A stretch of 64,000 nt of DNA from Mycobacteriales bacterium (lineage in GTDB: Bacteria > Actinomycetota > Actinomycetes > Mycobacteriales > SCTD01), in NCBI GenBank assembly GCA_030697205.1, contig JAUYQP010000059.1:13127-77126 (forward strand), read 5' to 3'. This document shows, piece by piece, positions 32,636-39,845 of this stretch. Position 1 is the stretch's first letter. Every line of letters starts with the position of its first letter. The notes under the pieces are model-generated. The model saw nothing but the letters and a program-made list of their open reading frames with translations, searched no databases and had not been told where the DNA came from. The position numbers and the translations under genes were made by a program.

Positions 32636-33780
32636 GCGGGGAGCTCCACTGAGAAGGTGCTCCCACTCGGGCCGGAGTCCACCCAGATGCGGCCGCCCTG
32701 TCGCTCGACGAGCCGCCTGCAGATCGCGAGACCGATACCGCTGCCCGGGTAGCGCTCTCGGCTGTGCAACCTCTTGAACGGCTGGAAGATCCGGTCGAAG
32801 TGCTCGGGCTCGATGCCCACTCCGTTGTCGCTGACCCGGAAGATCACTGTCCCGGGGCTGCACTCAGCCTCGATCCGCACGTGGGGTACGACGCCGGGCT
32901 GTACGAACTTCAGCGCGTTGACCGCGAGGTTGTGGAGCACCTGGGTGAGCACGAGGCGGTTGGCCACGAGCTCCCGCGGGAGCTCCCCCGTCGACACGAG
33001 GGCGCCCGATGTCGCCGTGCTGCCGAGGCCAGCGATGACGTCAGCAACGAGGCGCCGGCAGTCGAGCAGCTCCTGAGGTAGCTCACCGCGCCCCGCCCTG
33101 GCGAAGTCCAGCAGGTCGTCGAGCAACTGCTGCATGCGTTGGGCCGAGTCGATGATGAACTCGCAGAACTCGGCCTCCTCGTTGGTCCTGGTGCGCCGAG
33201 CGAGCCGCTCCGCGAAGCCCTTGATGACGTTGACGGGCTCAGACAGGTCGTGCGAGACCAGGTAGAGCAGCTCCTCCAGGTCCTGCTCCACCGCAGCGAG
33301 CCGGTCAGCCTCCCTCGACGGCGGGGGCACGGCTCGAGACGGCGCGGGGGGCGCGACGGGGGCCGGCATCCTCGCGGGGAAGATCTCGCGCAGCGCCTGG
33401 ATCATGGCCTCCGGCGCCAGACCCTTCTGGAGGTAGGCGTCGGCCCCAGCCTCGAGGACCTGCGACTCCATGGCTGCTCGGTCGAAGCCGGAGAGGATCA
33501 CCACGCGCACATCGGGCAGTGCCTCGCGGAGCAGGGGCATCGCCTCGAGCCCGTCCATCACCGGCATGGCGAGGTCGAGCAGGACCAGATCCGGTACCAG
33601 CTGACGGGCCAGCTCGAGCGCCGCCAGACCGTCGCCCGCCTCGCCCACGACCACGAAGCCGGTGCCCTCGAGCGCGAGGCGCATGAGCATCCTGAGTGTG
33701 GGGGTGTCGTCGACGAGCAGGGTGGTGACCCCGTCCTCTGCGGAGCGCGGAGGGAGCGAGTCCACGACCTGAGCCGTCAT
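32632..33780 (-). CDS. hybrid REC - HisKA - HATPase_c histidine kinase (cytoplasmic)
   Basis: N-terminal REC domain (LLVDD, LVLLDLAMP, YLQKG). H-box LVSHDLSEP, N-box HNLAVNALKF, and G-boxes DNGVGI and GSGIGLAI are present. There are no TM segments. ATG 33780 overlaps the upstream stop (ATGA). Confidence 0.9.
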   Translation of the reverse strand: MTAQVVDSLPPRSAEDGVTTLLVDDTPTLRMLMRLALEGTGFVVVGEAGDGLAALELARQLVPDLVLLDLAMPVMDGLEAMPLLREALPDVRVVILSGFDRAAMESQVLEAGADAYLQKGLAPEAMIQALREIFPARMPAPVAPPAPSRAVPPPSREADRLAAVEQDLEELLYLVSHDLSEPVNVIKGFAERLARRTRTNEEAEFCEFIIDSAQRMQQLLDDLLDFARAGRGELPQELLDCRRLVADVIAGLGSTATSGALVSTGELPRELVANRLVLTQVLHNLAVNALKFVQPGVVPHVRIEAECSPGTVIFRVSDNGVGIEPEHFDRIFQPFKRLHSRERYPGSGIGLAICRRLVERQGGRIWVDSGPSGSTFSVELPA

Positions 33781-34364
33781 GGCTTCCTCAACAGGGCGGG
33801 GCGCGACCTGCGCAGCTCCCCGGCCTCGAAGTCCGGTCGCTCTGTCACCTCGCCGAGCAGCTCGGTGATCAGCCCCCGCGCCGAAGCGAGGGTGGACTCG
33901 AGGGCCTCCCGGGTCACGGCCGTCTGGTCGAGCTCGAGGGCCAGCTTGGCCGTCGCCAGTCCCTGCACGATCCCGTCGTTGATCTCGAGCGCCTGCCGCT
34001 GCCGCTCCCGAAGGTCCTCGAACAGCTTCGCCCCGCTCATGAGCGCGCCGTAACTCCGGCGCAGCGTCCAGTAGTAGATACCGACAGCGGCGGTGAACAG
34101 GTCCCAGGCCACGGTCGCGGGGTCGAAGGCCTGGCGCATGCCGAGCCCGCTCGACGTCGCGAGCCCGAGCGCTGGGAGCAGCGCGTGCACGGCGTGCCCA
34201 CCGTGCACGACGGCACAAGTGAAGAAGATCAGGGCGGTCGCCGTGCCGAGCCGGTTGGCCTTGACCTGCTTCTCCCGGATCAACGGGACGATGATGGCCG
34301 CGACGATGGCGAAGTACGCGACCATCGTCACGATGTTGGCCGCGGCACCGATGCGCCAGCCCAT
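33777..34364 (-). CDS. 3-TM membrane protein with ETR1-like C-x3-H helix and a kinase-dead HisKA_3 (DHp-only) domain
   Basis: ATG 34364 follows AGGGGAG. The TM region has AYFAI (helix 1) and FFTCAVVHGGHAVH (helix 2). The cytoplasmic ERQRQALEINDGIVQGL matches the HisKA_3 H-box with Asn in place of His. The protein ends without an ATPase domain. Confidence 0.75.
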   Translation of the reverse strand: MGWRIGAAANIVTMVAYFAIVAAIIVPLIREKQVKANRLGTATALIFFTCAVVHGGHAVHALLPALGLATSSGLGMRQAFDPATVAWDLFTAAVGIYYWTLRRSYGALMSGAKLFEDLRERQRQALEINDGIVQGLATAKLALELDQTAVTREALESTLASARGLITELLGEVTERPDFEAGELRRSRPALLRKP

Positions 34365-34534
34365 AGCGGACTCCCCTCATCGGCCGGTCGGCGGACAGCA
34401 TGACCCCCCTTGCGGCCGATCGCAGCACCCGTGGCGAAAGACCATCACAACTGGTCATGCGCCCTTGGCCCGCTCGCGCCACCCTTGCGGCGAGGAGGGG
34501 ATCCCCGACGGCTACGCACGCCACGCACCTGCTG

Positions 34535-35143
34535 ATGTTCGCGCTGCCGCTCGTCGTCTTCGCGGGCCTGCTCTGGCTGGAGTGGCGGCGCACGAGCGAC
34601 CGCGTGCGACCCGCGAGGTCCACGCCTGCCCTCATCATGGCGACCAGCAGCGCGGGTGCCGGTGGCGTGCACGCCGTCGTTGTGGGGCCGCACGCCGACC
34701 ACGCCTGGCTGCTCGGTGTCTTCTTCCTCAGCCTCGCCGTGGCACAGCTCGTGCTCGCCCTGGCGCTCCTGGGCCCTGTGCGACCGCGGGTCGTGCTGGG
34801 CTGCGTCGGGCTGAACGCCGGTGTCGTCGCGCTGTGGGTGTGGACCCGCGCCGTCGGTGTGCCCTGGGGGGTCGGCGGTGACCACCGAGAGGCCATCGGT
34901 GCTCTCGACCTCGTCGCCACGGGCCTCGAGGCGGGCTGCGTGGTTGCAGGGGTCCTGTTGCTCTACAGAGCGACCGGGGGCTCCCCCTCCCTGGAGGACG
35001 TGCCCGCGTCGAAGTGGGAGACGTCGACGGTGAGGAACAGCCCACCACCTCGGAAGGTCAGCTCCCCACCAGGACCGCGGCCCTCGCAGGAGACGAACAG
35101 CTTGCGACCCTCGAAGCTGTCCACCTTCGCGACCAGGTCGTAG
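34535..35143 (+). CDS. polytopic membrane protein (4-5 TM, His-containing loops)
   Basis: High GC3, and no competing frame between 34365 and 34962. TM helices include MFALPLVVFAGLLWL, AWLLGVFFLSLAVAQLVLALALL and VVLGCVGLNAGVVALWVW. The start is uncertain (ATG 34535 or 34457). The last 181 nt run antisense through the thioesterase paralog. Confidence 0.5.
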   Translation: MFALPLVVFAGLLWLEWRRTSDRVRPARSTPALIMATSSAGAGGVHAVVVGPHADHAWLLGVFFLSLAVAQLVLALALLGPVRPRVVLGCVGLNAGVVALWVWTRAVGVPWGVGGDHREAIGALDLVATGLEAGCVVAGVLLLYRATGGSPSLEDVPASKWETSTVRNSPPPRKVSSPPGPRPSQETNSLRPSKLSTFATRS

Positions 35144-35490
35144 CGCACCCCTACGAGCACCGGCTTGAGGTACTCGACCTCGAGCTTGCGTGTCACTGCT
35201 GGCTTGCGCACGACAAAGAGGAGGAAGCCGCACACGTCGTCGACGAGCGCAGCGACCGTGCCACCGTGCGCGATCCCGGGAGCCCCGGAGTGCTTCGGTC
35301 CGACCTCGGGTAGTGCGGCGGCAAGGTGCCCAGGGACTCGCTCCACCTGACCGAGGCTTTCGGCAAGCCGATCGGCTCGTTCCAGCACAGCCGCTTCGCC
35401 CTCGCCGAGATGGCTGGCCATGCTCAACGGCACGCCATACCTCGACCCCGCCGTCGCCCCCGACCGCGTGGCGGCGCTCCTCCGCACCAT
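34963..35490 (-). CDS. PaaI-family hotdog thioesterase paralog, N-terminally truncated (possible remnant)
   Basis: From GAPGIAHGGTVAALVDD to the C-terminus it is about 50% identical to the intact paralog at 36554..37066. The first ~60 codons are instead the antisense reading of an ACAD fragment. An alternative start is ATG 35421. Confidence 0.5.
   Translation of the reverse strand: MVRRSAATRSGATAGSRYGVPLSMASHLGEGEAAVLERADRLAESLGQVERVPGHLAAALPEVGPKHSGAPGIAHGGTVAALVDDVCGFLLFVVRKPAVTRKLEVEYLKPVLVGVRYDLVAKVDSFEGRKLFVSCEGRGPGGELTFRGGGLFLTVDVSHFDAGTSSREGEPPVAL
35353..35421 (+). pseudogene. acyl-CoA dehydrogenase internal fragment
   Basis: Plus-strand translation EAFGKPIGSFQHSRFALAEMAGH compares with KAFGKPIGSFQHNRFVLAEMATE in the ACAD at 37059..38201. 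Homology stops on both sides. Confidence 0.6.
35356..35418. repeat. 63-bp segment inverted relative to 37329..37391 (about 87% identity by hand alignment)
   Basis: gctttcggcaagccgatcggctcgttccagcacagccgcttcgccctcgccgagatggctggc aligns with the reverse complement of 37329-37391, with 55/63 matches. Confidence 0.55.
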
Positions 35491-35530
35491 GGTGCTCTCG
35501 GCTCTCCTGGCCCGGCGCGTCCCACGCTGA
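35411..35530 (+). pseudogene. TetR-family regulator C-terminal fragment
   Basis: Frame-2 translation WLAMLNGTPYLDPAVAPDRVAALLRTMVLSALLARRVPR* parallels the C-terminus of the TetR at 30277..30834 (ALAMLNTTSLIESSLPPEQRAAVLRRITLAALLPA*). There is no HTH-encoding part upstream. Confidence 0.5.
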
Positions 35531-35547
35531 CGACGTGCGGGTGAGCG

Positions 35548-36150
35548 TCAGGCGCTGCGACCAGTCTGCCTGGGGTCGTCTGCGAGCACGGCGTGTGCGT
35601 GCATGTCGTGCCACCCGTCAAGGTGCAGGGCCCGCGAGCGCTTCGTGCCCTCCTCGAGGAAACCGGTCCTGACGGCCACCCTGCACGACGCGACGTTGGC
35701 CGTCGAGTGGTTGAGCTCCAGCCGGTGCAGACCGAGCTCGTCGAAGGCCCAGTCAACGACGGCGAGCAGAGCTGCCACCGCGACGCCCCGACCACGTGCC
35801 TCCGGGAGCACCCAGTAGGTGACGCCCGCGCAGGCCTCCGCGAGGCTCATGTCATTCAGCCCGACGCGTCCGAGGACAACGTCAGAACGCGTGATCGCCC
35901 AGCTGCCACCGAGGTCTGTCGCCCAGCGCGAACCCTCGTACGCCACCCACTCCTCCGCCTGGTCGTGCGACAACGACCGGCCGTGCCAGCGCTGGATGTC
36001 GGGGTCGGCGTACGCACGGACCAGCACTGCGGCATCCGACCGGCTCCATGCCCGCAAGGTGGTGCCACCGGCCCGCAGGCGCGGTTGTGGTCGCCGGGAC
36101 AGCGCTCCTTCGCCGAGGGCCGCCACAGGTGCCGCACCGGGCTGCCTCAT
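35548..36150 (-). CDS. GNAT-family N-acetyltransferase (RimJ/RimL-like)
   Basis: LRAWSRSDAAVLVRAY, YWVLPEARGRGVAVAALLAVVDWAF and LHRLELNHSTANVASCRVAVRTGF are present. ATG 36150 overlaps the upstream stop (ATGA). Confidence 0.82.
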   Translation of the reverse strand: MRQPGAAPVAALGEGALSRRPQPRLRAGGTTLRAWSRSDAAVLVRAYADPDIQRWHGRSLSHDQAEEWVAYEGSRWATDLGGSWAITRSDVVLGRVGLNDMSLAEACAGVTYWVLPEARGRGVAVAALLAVVDWAFDELGLHRLELNHSTANVASCRVAVRTGFLEEGTKRSRALHLDGWHDMHAHAVLADDPRQTGRSA

Positions 36151-36493
36151 CTGGCTGCGACCGGCGTTCCCTGGTGGAAGACGAGCAGCCATGCCTCACC
36201 CTGTCGCACCCAGACAGAGCTGCGTAGCGCCTGACGTCGGCCGTCGTCGCTGCGGTACGTGACGAGTGCGATGTCGGGTCCGAGCGACCGCGCATCGAGC
36301 TCGCTCATCGTGACGTCAACGGGGGCGGTGCTGATCGCGTCCGAGACCGAGTCCCTGTCCCAGATGCGACCAGACGCGCCGAACTCGCGGAAGTCGGTGT
36401 GCAGGAGGGCGCGCACGCGCGACGGATCGCTGCGGACCCCGCACGCAGGAGCAGCGCCTCCCGCTCGACCACGAGTCGCAGGTCGTCGCTCAT
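36147..36493 (-). pseudogene. DUF4440/SnoaL-like protein gene interrupted by a 1-nt frameshift
   Basis: ATG 36493 gives MSDDLRLVVEREALLL, then junk. The family continuation VRSDPSRVRALLHTDFREFGASGRIWDRD...VFHQGTP is in another frame (ORF 36147..36416). The frames switch near 36440-36450. Confidence 0.6.
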
Positions 36494-36553
36494 CTGGCGA
36501 CGATATCGACTGCTCGTCCGATCTTCTTGGCTGGCGACGAGAGGGGTTGGGGA

Positions 36554-37066
36554 CTAGGGGGCTGAGGGGTGCTCGGCGTCGCCGCTGCCGTCGGTGCCCT
36601 GGTCGAAGTGCGACAGCTTCACCGACAGGAACAGGGCACGGGCGGTGAAGGCCACTGTCCCGTCGGGGGCCGTGCCGGTGCAGGCGAACCAGTGCTTGCG
36701 ACCGTCGACGGCCTCGACCCTGCCGCGCACCTCGTAAGGCACGCCGAGCAGGACGGGCGCGCGGTACTCGACCTCGAGGTGACGCGTCACGCCGGCGATG
36801 AGGGCGACGTAGAGGCAGAAGCCGAGCAGGTCGTCGCAGACCGTCGCGACCGCACCGCCGTGGGCGATGCCCGGCGCACCACCCTGCCGGCCGGTGAAGA
36901 CGTGGGTCGTGACGACCTCGTCGCCGTCGCGGTGGACCTCGAGGTGGAAGCCGGCCTCCGCGTCGGGGCCGCAGCCGAGGCAGGTCGGGTAGTGCGGGGG
37001 CAACTGCCCCTCGAAGGTCGTCCCGCCGAGCGACCGGAGGTGGTCGCGGACCTTCTCCTCAGACAC
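36554..37066 (-). CDS. PaaI-family (hotdog) thioesterase
   Basis: 170 aa, with GGAPGIAHGGAVATVCDDLLG in the central helix. GTG 37066 overlaps the ACAD stop by 8 nt. Confidence 0.85.
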   Translation of the reverse strand: MSEEKVRDHLRSLGGTTFEGQLPPHYPTCLGCGPDAEAGFHLEVHRDGDEVVTTHVFTGRQGGAPGIAHGGAVATVCDDLLGFCLYVALIAGVTRHLEVEYRAPVLLGVPYEVRGRVEAVDGRKHWFACTGTAPDGTVAFTARALFLSVKLSHFDQGTDGSGDAEHPSAP

Positions 37067-38201
37067 CGAGCGACCGGCCGACGATCTCCTTCATGATCTC
37101 GGTCGTCCCGCCGTAGATGGTCTGGACGCGCGAGTCGATGTAGGCCTTGGCGATGGGGTACTCCATCATGTAGCCGTAGCCGCCGTGCAGCTGCACGCAC
37201 TGGTCGACGACCCGCTTCTGCAGCTCCGTCGTCCACCACTTCGCCATCGCGGCGTCCTGGACGGTGAAGCGCCCCTCGTTGTGCTCGAGGACCGCCTTCT
37301 CGAGGTAGACCTCAGCGATCTCGATCTCGGTGGCCATCTCGGCGAGCACGAAGCGGTTGTGCTGGAAGGAGCCGATCGGCTTGCCGAAGGCCTTGCGCTC
37401 CTTGCAGTAGTCGAGGGTCAGGTCGAAGACCTTGCGCGCCGCGCCCACCGCGACGGCCGCGATCGACAGCCGCTCCTGGGGCAGCTTGTCCATGAGGTGG
37501 ATGAAGCCCTGGCCCTCCTCACCGACCAGGTTGGTGGCGGGCACCCGCACCTCGTCGAAGAACAGCTCGGCGGTGTCCTGCGCCTTCATGCCGACCTTCT
37601 CGAGGTTGCGACCGCGCTCGAAGCCCTTCATCCCGCGCTCGACCGCGAGGATCGAGAAGCCGCGAGCCCCCGCCTCCGGGTCGGTCTGGGCCACGACGAG
37701 CACCAGGTCGGAGTTGATGCCGTTGGTGATGAAGGTCTTCGACCCGGTCACGATCCAGTCGGAGCCGTCACGGACAGCGCGCGTCGCGATCGCCTGCAGG
37801 TCCGAGCCGGTGCCGGGCTCGGACATAGCGATCGCGGTGATGAGCTCGCCGCTGCAGAACTGCGGCAGCCAGCGCTCCTTCTGCTCCTCGGTCGTCAGGT
37901 CGTTGAGGTAGGGCGCCACGACGTCGTTGTGCAGCGTGAAGCCCACGCCGCTGCCGCCGACGCGCGTGACCTCGTGGGCGAGCACGACGTTGTAGCGGAA
38001 GTCCTTCACGCCGCCGCCGCCGAAGCGCTCCGGCACGTCCATGCCGAGCAGCCCCTGCTTGCCGGCCTCGAGCCACAGCGAGCGGTCGACGATGCCGTCC
38101 TTCTCCCACTGCGCGTGGAAGGGCGCGATGTGCTTGTCACAGAAGCTGCGCACCGTGTCGCGGAAGGCGAGGTGCTCCGGGTCGTAGAGGTTCGACTGCA
38201 T
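37059..38201 (-). CDS. acyl-CoA dehydrogenase (isovaleryl/short-branched-chain type by context)
   Basis: ACAD similarity runs full length (AMSEPGTGSDL, FGKPIGSFQHNRF, GGYGYMMEYP, YGGTTEIM). It is divergent from the carboxylase genes. Confidence 0.93.
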   Translation of the reverse strand: MQSNLYDPEHLAFRDTVRSFCDKHIAPFHAQWEKDGIVDRSLWLEAGKQGLLGMDVPERFGGGGVKDFRYNVVLAHEVTRVGGSGVGFTLHNDVVAPYLNDLTTEEQKERWLPQFCSGELITAIAMSEPGTGSDLQAIATRAVRDGSDWIVTGSKTFITNGINSDLVLVVAQTDPEAGARGFSILAVERGMKGFERGRNLEKVGMKAQDTAELFFDEVRVPATNLVGEEGQGFIHLMDKLPQERLSIAAVAVGAARKVFDLTLDYCKERKAFGKPIGSFQHNRFVLAEMATEIEIAEVYLEKAVLEHNEGRFTVQDAAMAKWWTTELQKRVVDQCVQLHGGYGYMMEYPIAKAYIDSRVQTIYGGTTEIMKEIVGRSLGV

Positions 38202-38225
38202 GGCGCTACGTTAGCCGTCGTTCAC

Positions 38226-39845
38226 ATGACCCGCGAGGGAGGCCCCGTGCCCGTCCTAGCCGACCGGATCGACCGCCGCTCCCCGGAGGCGGTGGCCAAC
38301 CGCGCCGCCGCCCTGGCATCGCTGGCCGCCCTCGAGCCGCACCACGAGGCGGCCCGCGGCGGTGGCGGCCCGCGCTCGGTGGAGCGCCACAGGGGTCGCG
38401 GCAAGCTGCTCCCCCGCGAGCGGATCGAGCTGCTCGTCGACCAGGACAGCCCCTTCCTCGAGCTGTCACCGCTCGCGGCGTACGGCAGTGCCTTCCCGCT
38501 GGGGGCGAGCGTCGTCACCGGCATCGGGGTCGTCGAGGGCACCGAGGTGATGATCGTCGCGAACGACCCGACGGTGCGCGGCGGTGCGAGCAACCCGGTG
38601 ACCAGCAAGAAGGTCGGCCGCGCGATGGAGGTCGCCCGGGAGAACCGCCTGCCCCTGGTCAACCTCGTCGAGTCCGGCGGCGCGGACCTGCCGACCCAGG
38701 CCGAGATCTTCATCCCCGGCGGCGCTCTCTTCCGCAACCTCACGCAGTTCTCCGCCGCGGGCATCCCGACGATCGCGCTGGTCTTCGGCAACTCCACCGC
38801 CGGCGGCGCCTACGTCCCCGGCATGTGCGACCACGTCGTCATGGTCGAGGGCCGCGCCAAGGTCTTCCTCGGCGGACCACCCCTGGTGAAGATGGCGACC
38901 GGCGAGGAGAGCGACGACGAGTCCCTCGGTGGCGCCGAGATGCACGCCCGCGTCTCCGGCCTCGCCGACCACCTCGCGACCGACGAGCGCGACGCGATCC
39001 GCATCGGCCGCGACATCGTGAGGGACCTGCGCCACCGCAAGCTCGGCCCCGGCCCGACGCTGTCCCCCGACGCACCACGGGTCGACGCCGACGGGTTGCT
39101 CGACGTCGTCAGCGCCGACCTGCGGGTGCCCTTCGACCCGCGCGACGTCCTTGCCCACGTCGTCGACGGCAGCCGCTTCGACGAGTGGAAGCCGCTCTAC
39201 GGCTCGTCGCTCGTCACCGGCTGGGCGTCGGTCCACGGCTACCCGGTCGGGGTGCTCGCCAACGCCCGCGGCGTGCTGTTCAACGAGGAGTCGGAGAAGG
39301 CCGCGCAGTTCATCCAGCTCGCCAACCGCTCCCACACCCCGCTGGTCTTCCTGCAGAACACCACCGGCTACATGGTGGGGAAGGACTACGAGCAGCGCGG
39401 CATCATCAAGGACGGCGCCAAGATGATCAACGCGGTGAGCAACAGCCGCGTCCCCCACCTCACGATCGTCATGGGCGCGTCCTACGGCGCCGGCAACTAC
39501 GGCATGTGCGGTCGCGCCTACGGCCCGCGCTTCCTCTTCTCCTGGCCCGGCGCGAAGTCCGCGGTGATGGGCCCGGCGCAGCTCGCCGGGGTCCTGTCGA
39601 TCGTCGGCCGGCAGTCCGCCGAGGCCAAGGGACAGGTGTACGACGAAGCCGGTGACGCGGCGATGCGGGAGCTGGTCGAGGCCCAGATCGAGGCCGAGTC
39701 GCTGGCGCTCGCCAACACCGGGCGGGTCTACGACGACGGCATCATCGACCCGCGCGACACCCGCACCGTGCTCGGCCTGTGCCTGTCGGTCGTGCACAAC
39801 CAGGTCGTACAGGGCACCGACGGCTACGGCGTGTGGAGGCACTGA
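38226..39845 (+). CDS. acyl-CoA carboxylase carboxyltransferase subunit (methylcrotonyl-CoA carboxylase beta / AccD1-like)
   Basis: GKLLPRERIELLVD, ANDPTVRGGA, ESGGADLPTQ and NTTGYMVGKDYE are present. Start is ATG 38226 or GTG 38247. Confidence 0.92.
   Translation: MTREGGPVPVLADRIDRRSPEAVANRAAALASLAALEPHHEAARGGGGPRSVERHRGRGKLLPRERIELLVDQDSPFLELSPLAAYGSAFPLGASVVTGIGVVEGTEVMIVANDPTVRGGASNPVTSKKVGRAMEVARENRLPLVNLVESGGADLPTQAEIFIPGGALFRNLTQFSAAGIPTIALVFGNSTAGGAYVPGMCDHVVMVEGRAKVFLGGPPLVKMATGEESDDESLGGAEMHARVSGLADHLATDERDAIRIGRDIVRDLRHRKLGPGPTLSPDAPRVDADGLLDVVSADLRVPFDPRDVLAHVVDGSRFDEWKPLYGSSLVTGWASVHGYPVGVLANARGVLFNEESEKAAQFIQLANRSHTPLVFLQNTTGYMVGKDYEQRGIIKDGAKMINAVSNSRVPHLTIVMGASYGAGNYGMCGRAYGPRFLFSWPGAKSAVMGPAQLAGVLSIVGRQSAEAKGQVYDEAGDAAMRELVEAQIEAESLALANTGRVYDDGIIDPRDTRTVLGLCLSVVHNQVVQGTDGYGVWRH

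Noticed and set aside
32632-34920. 762-aa ORF suggesting one giant sensor protein
   Set aside because: Only the C-terminal 382 aa (from ATG 33780) are kinase-like. The N-terminal 380 aa are Arg/Pro junk overlapping the real 33777..34364 gene, which is in another frame.
35326-35544. 72-aa plus-strand ORF as a real gene
   Set aside because: Its only meaningful segment is the ACAD-like FGKPIGSFQHSRF stretch. The rest is junk, and the TetR-like tail is in a different frame. I interpret it as remnants, not a functional ORF.
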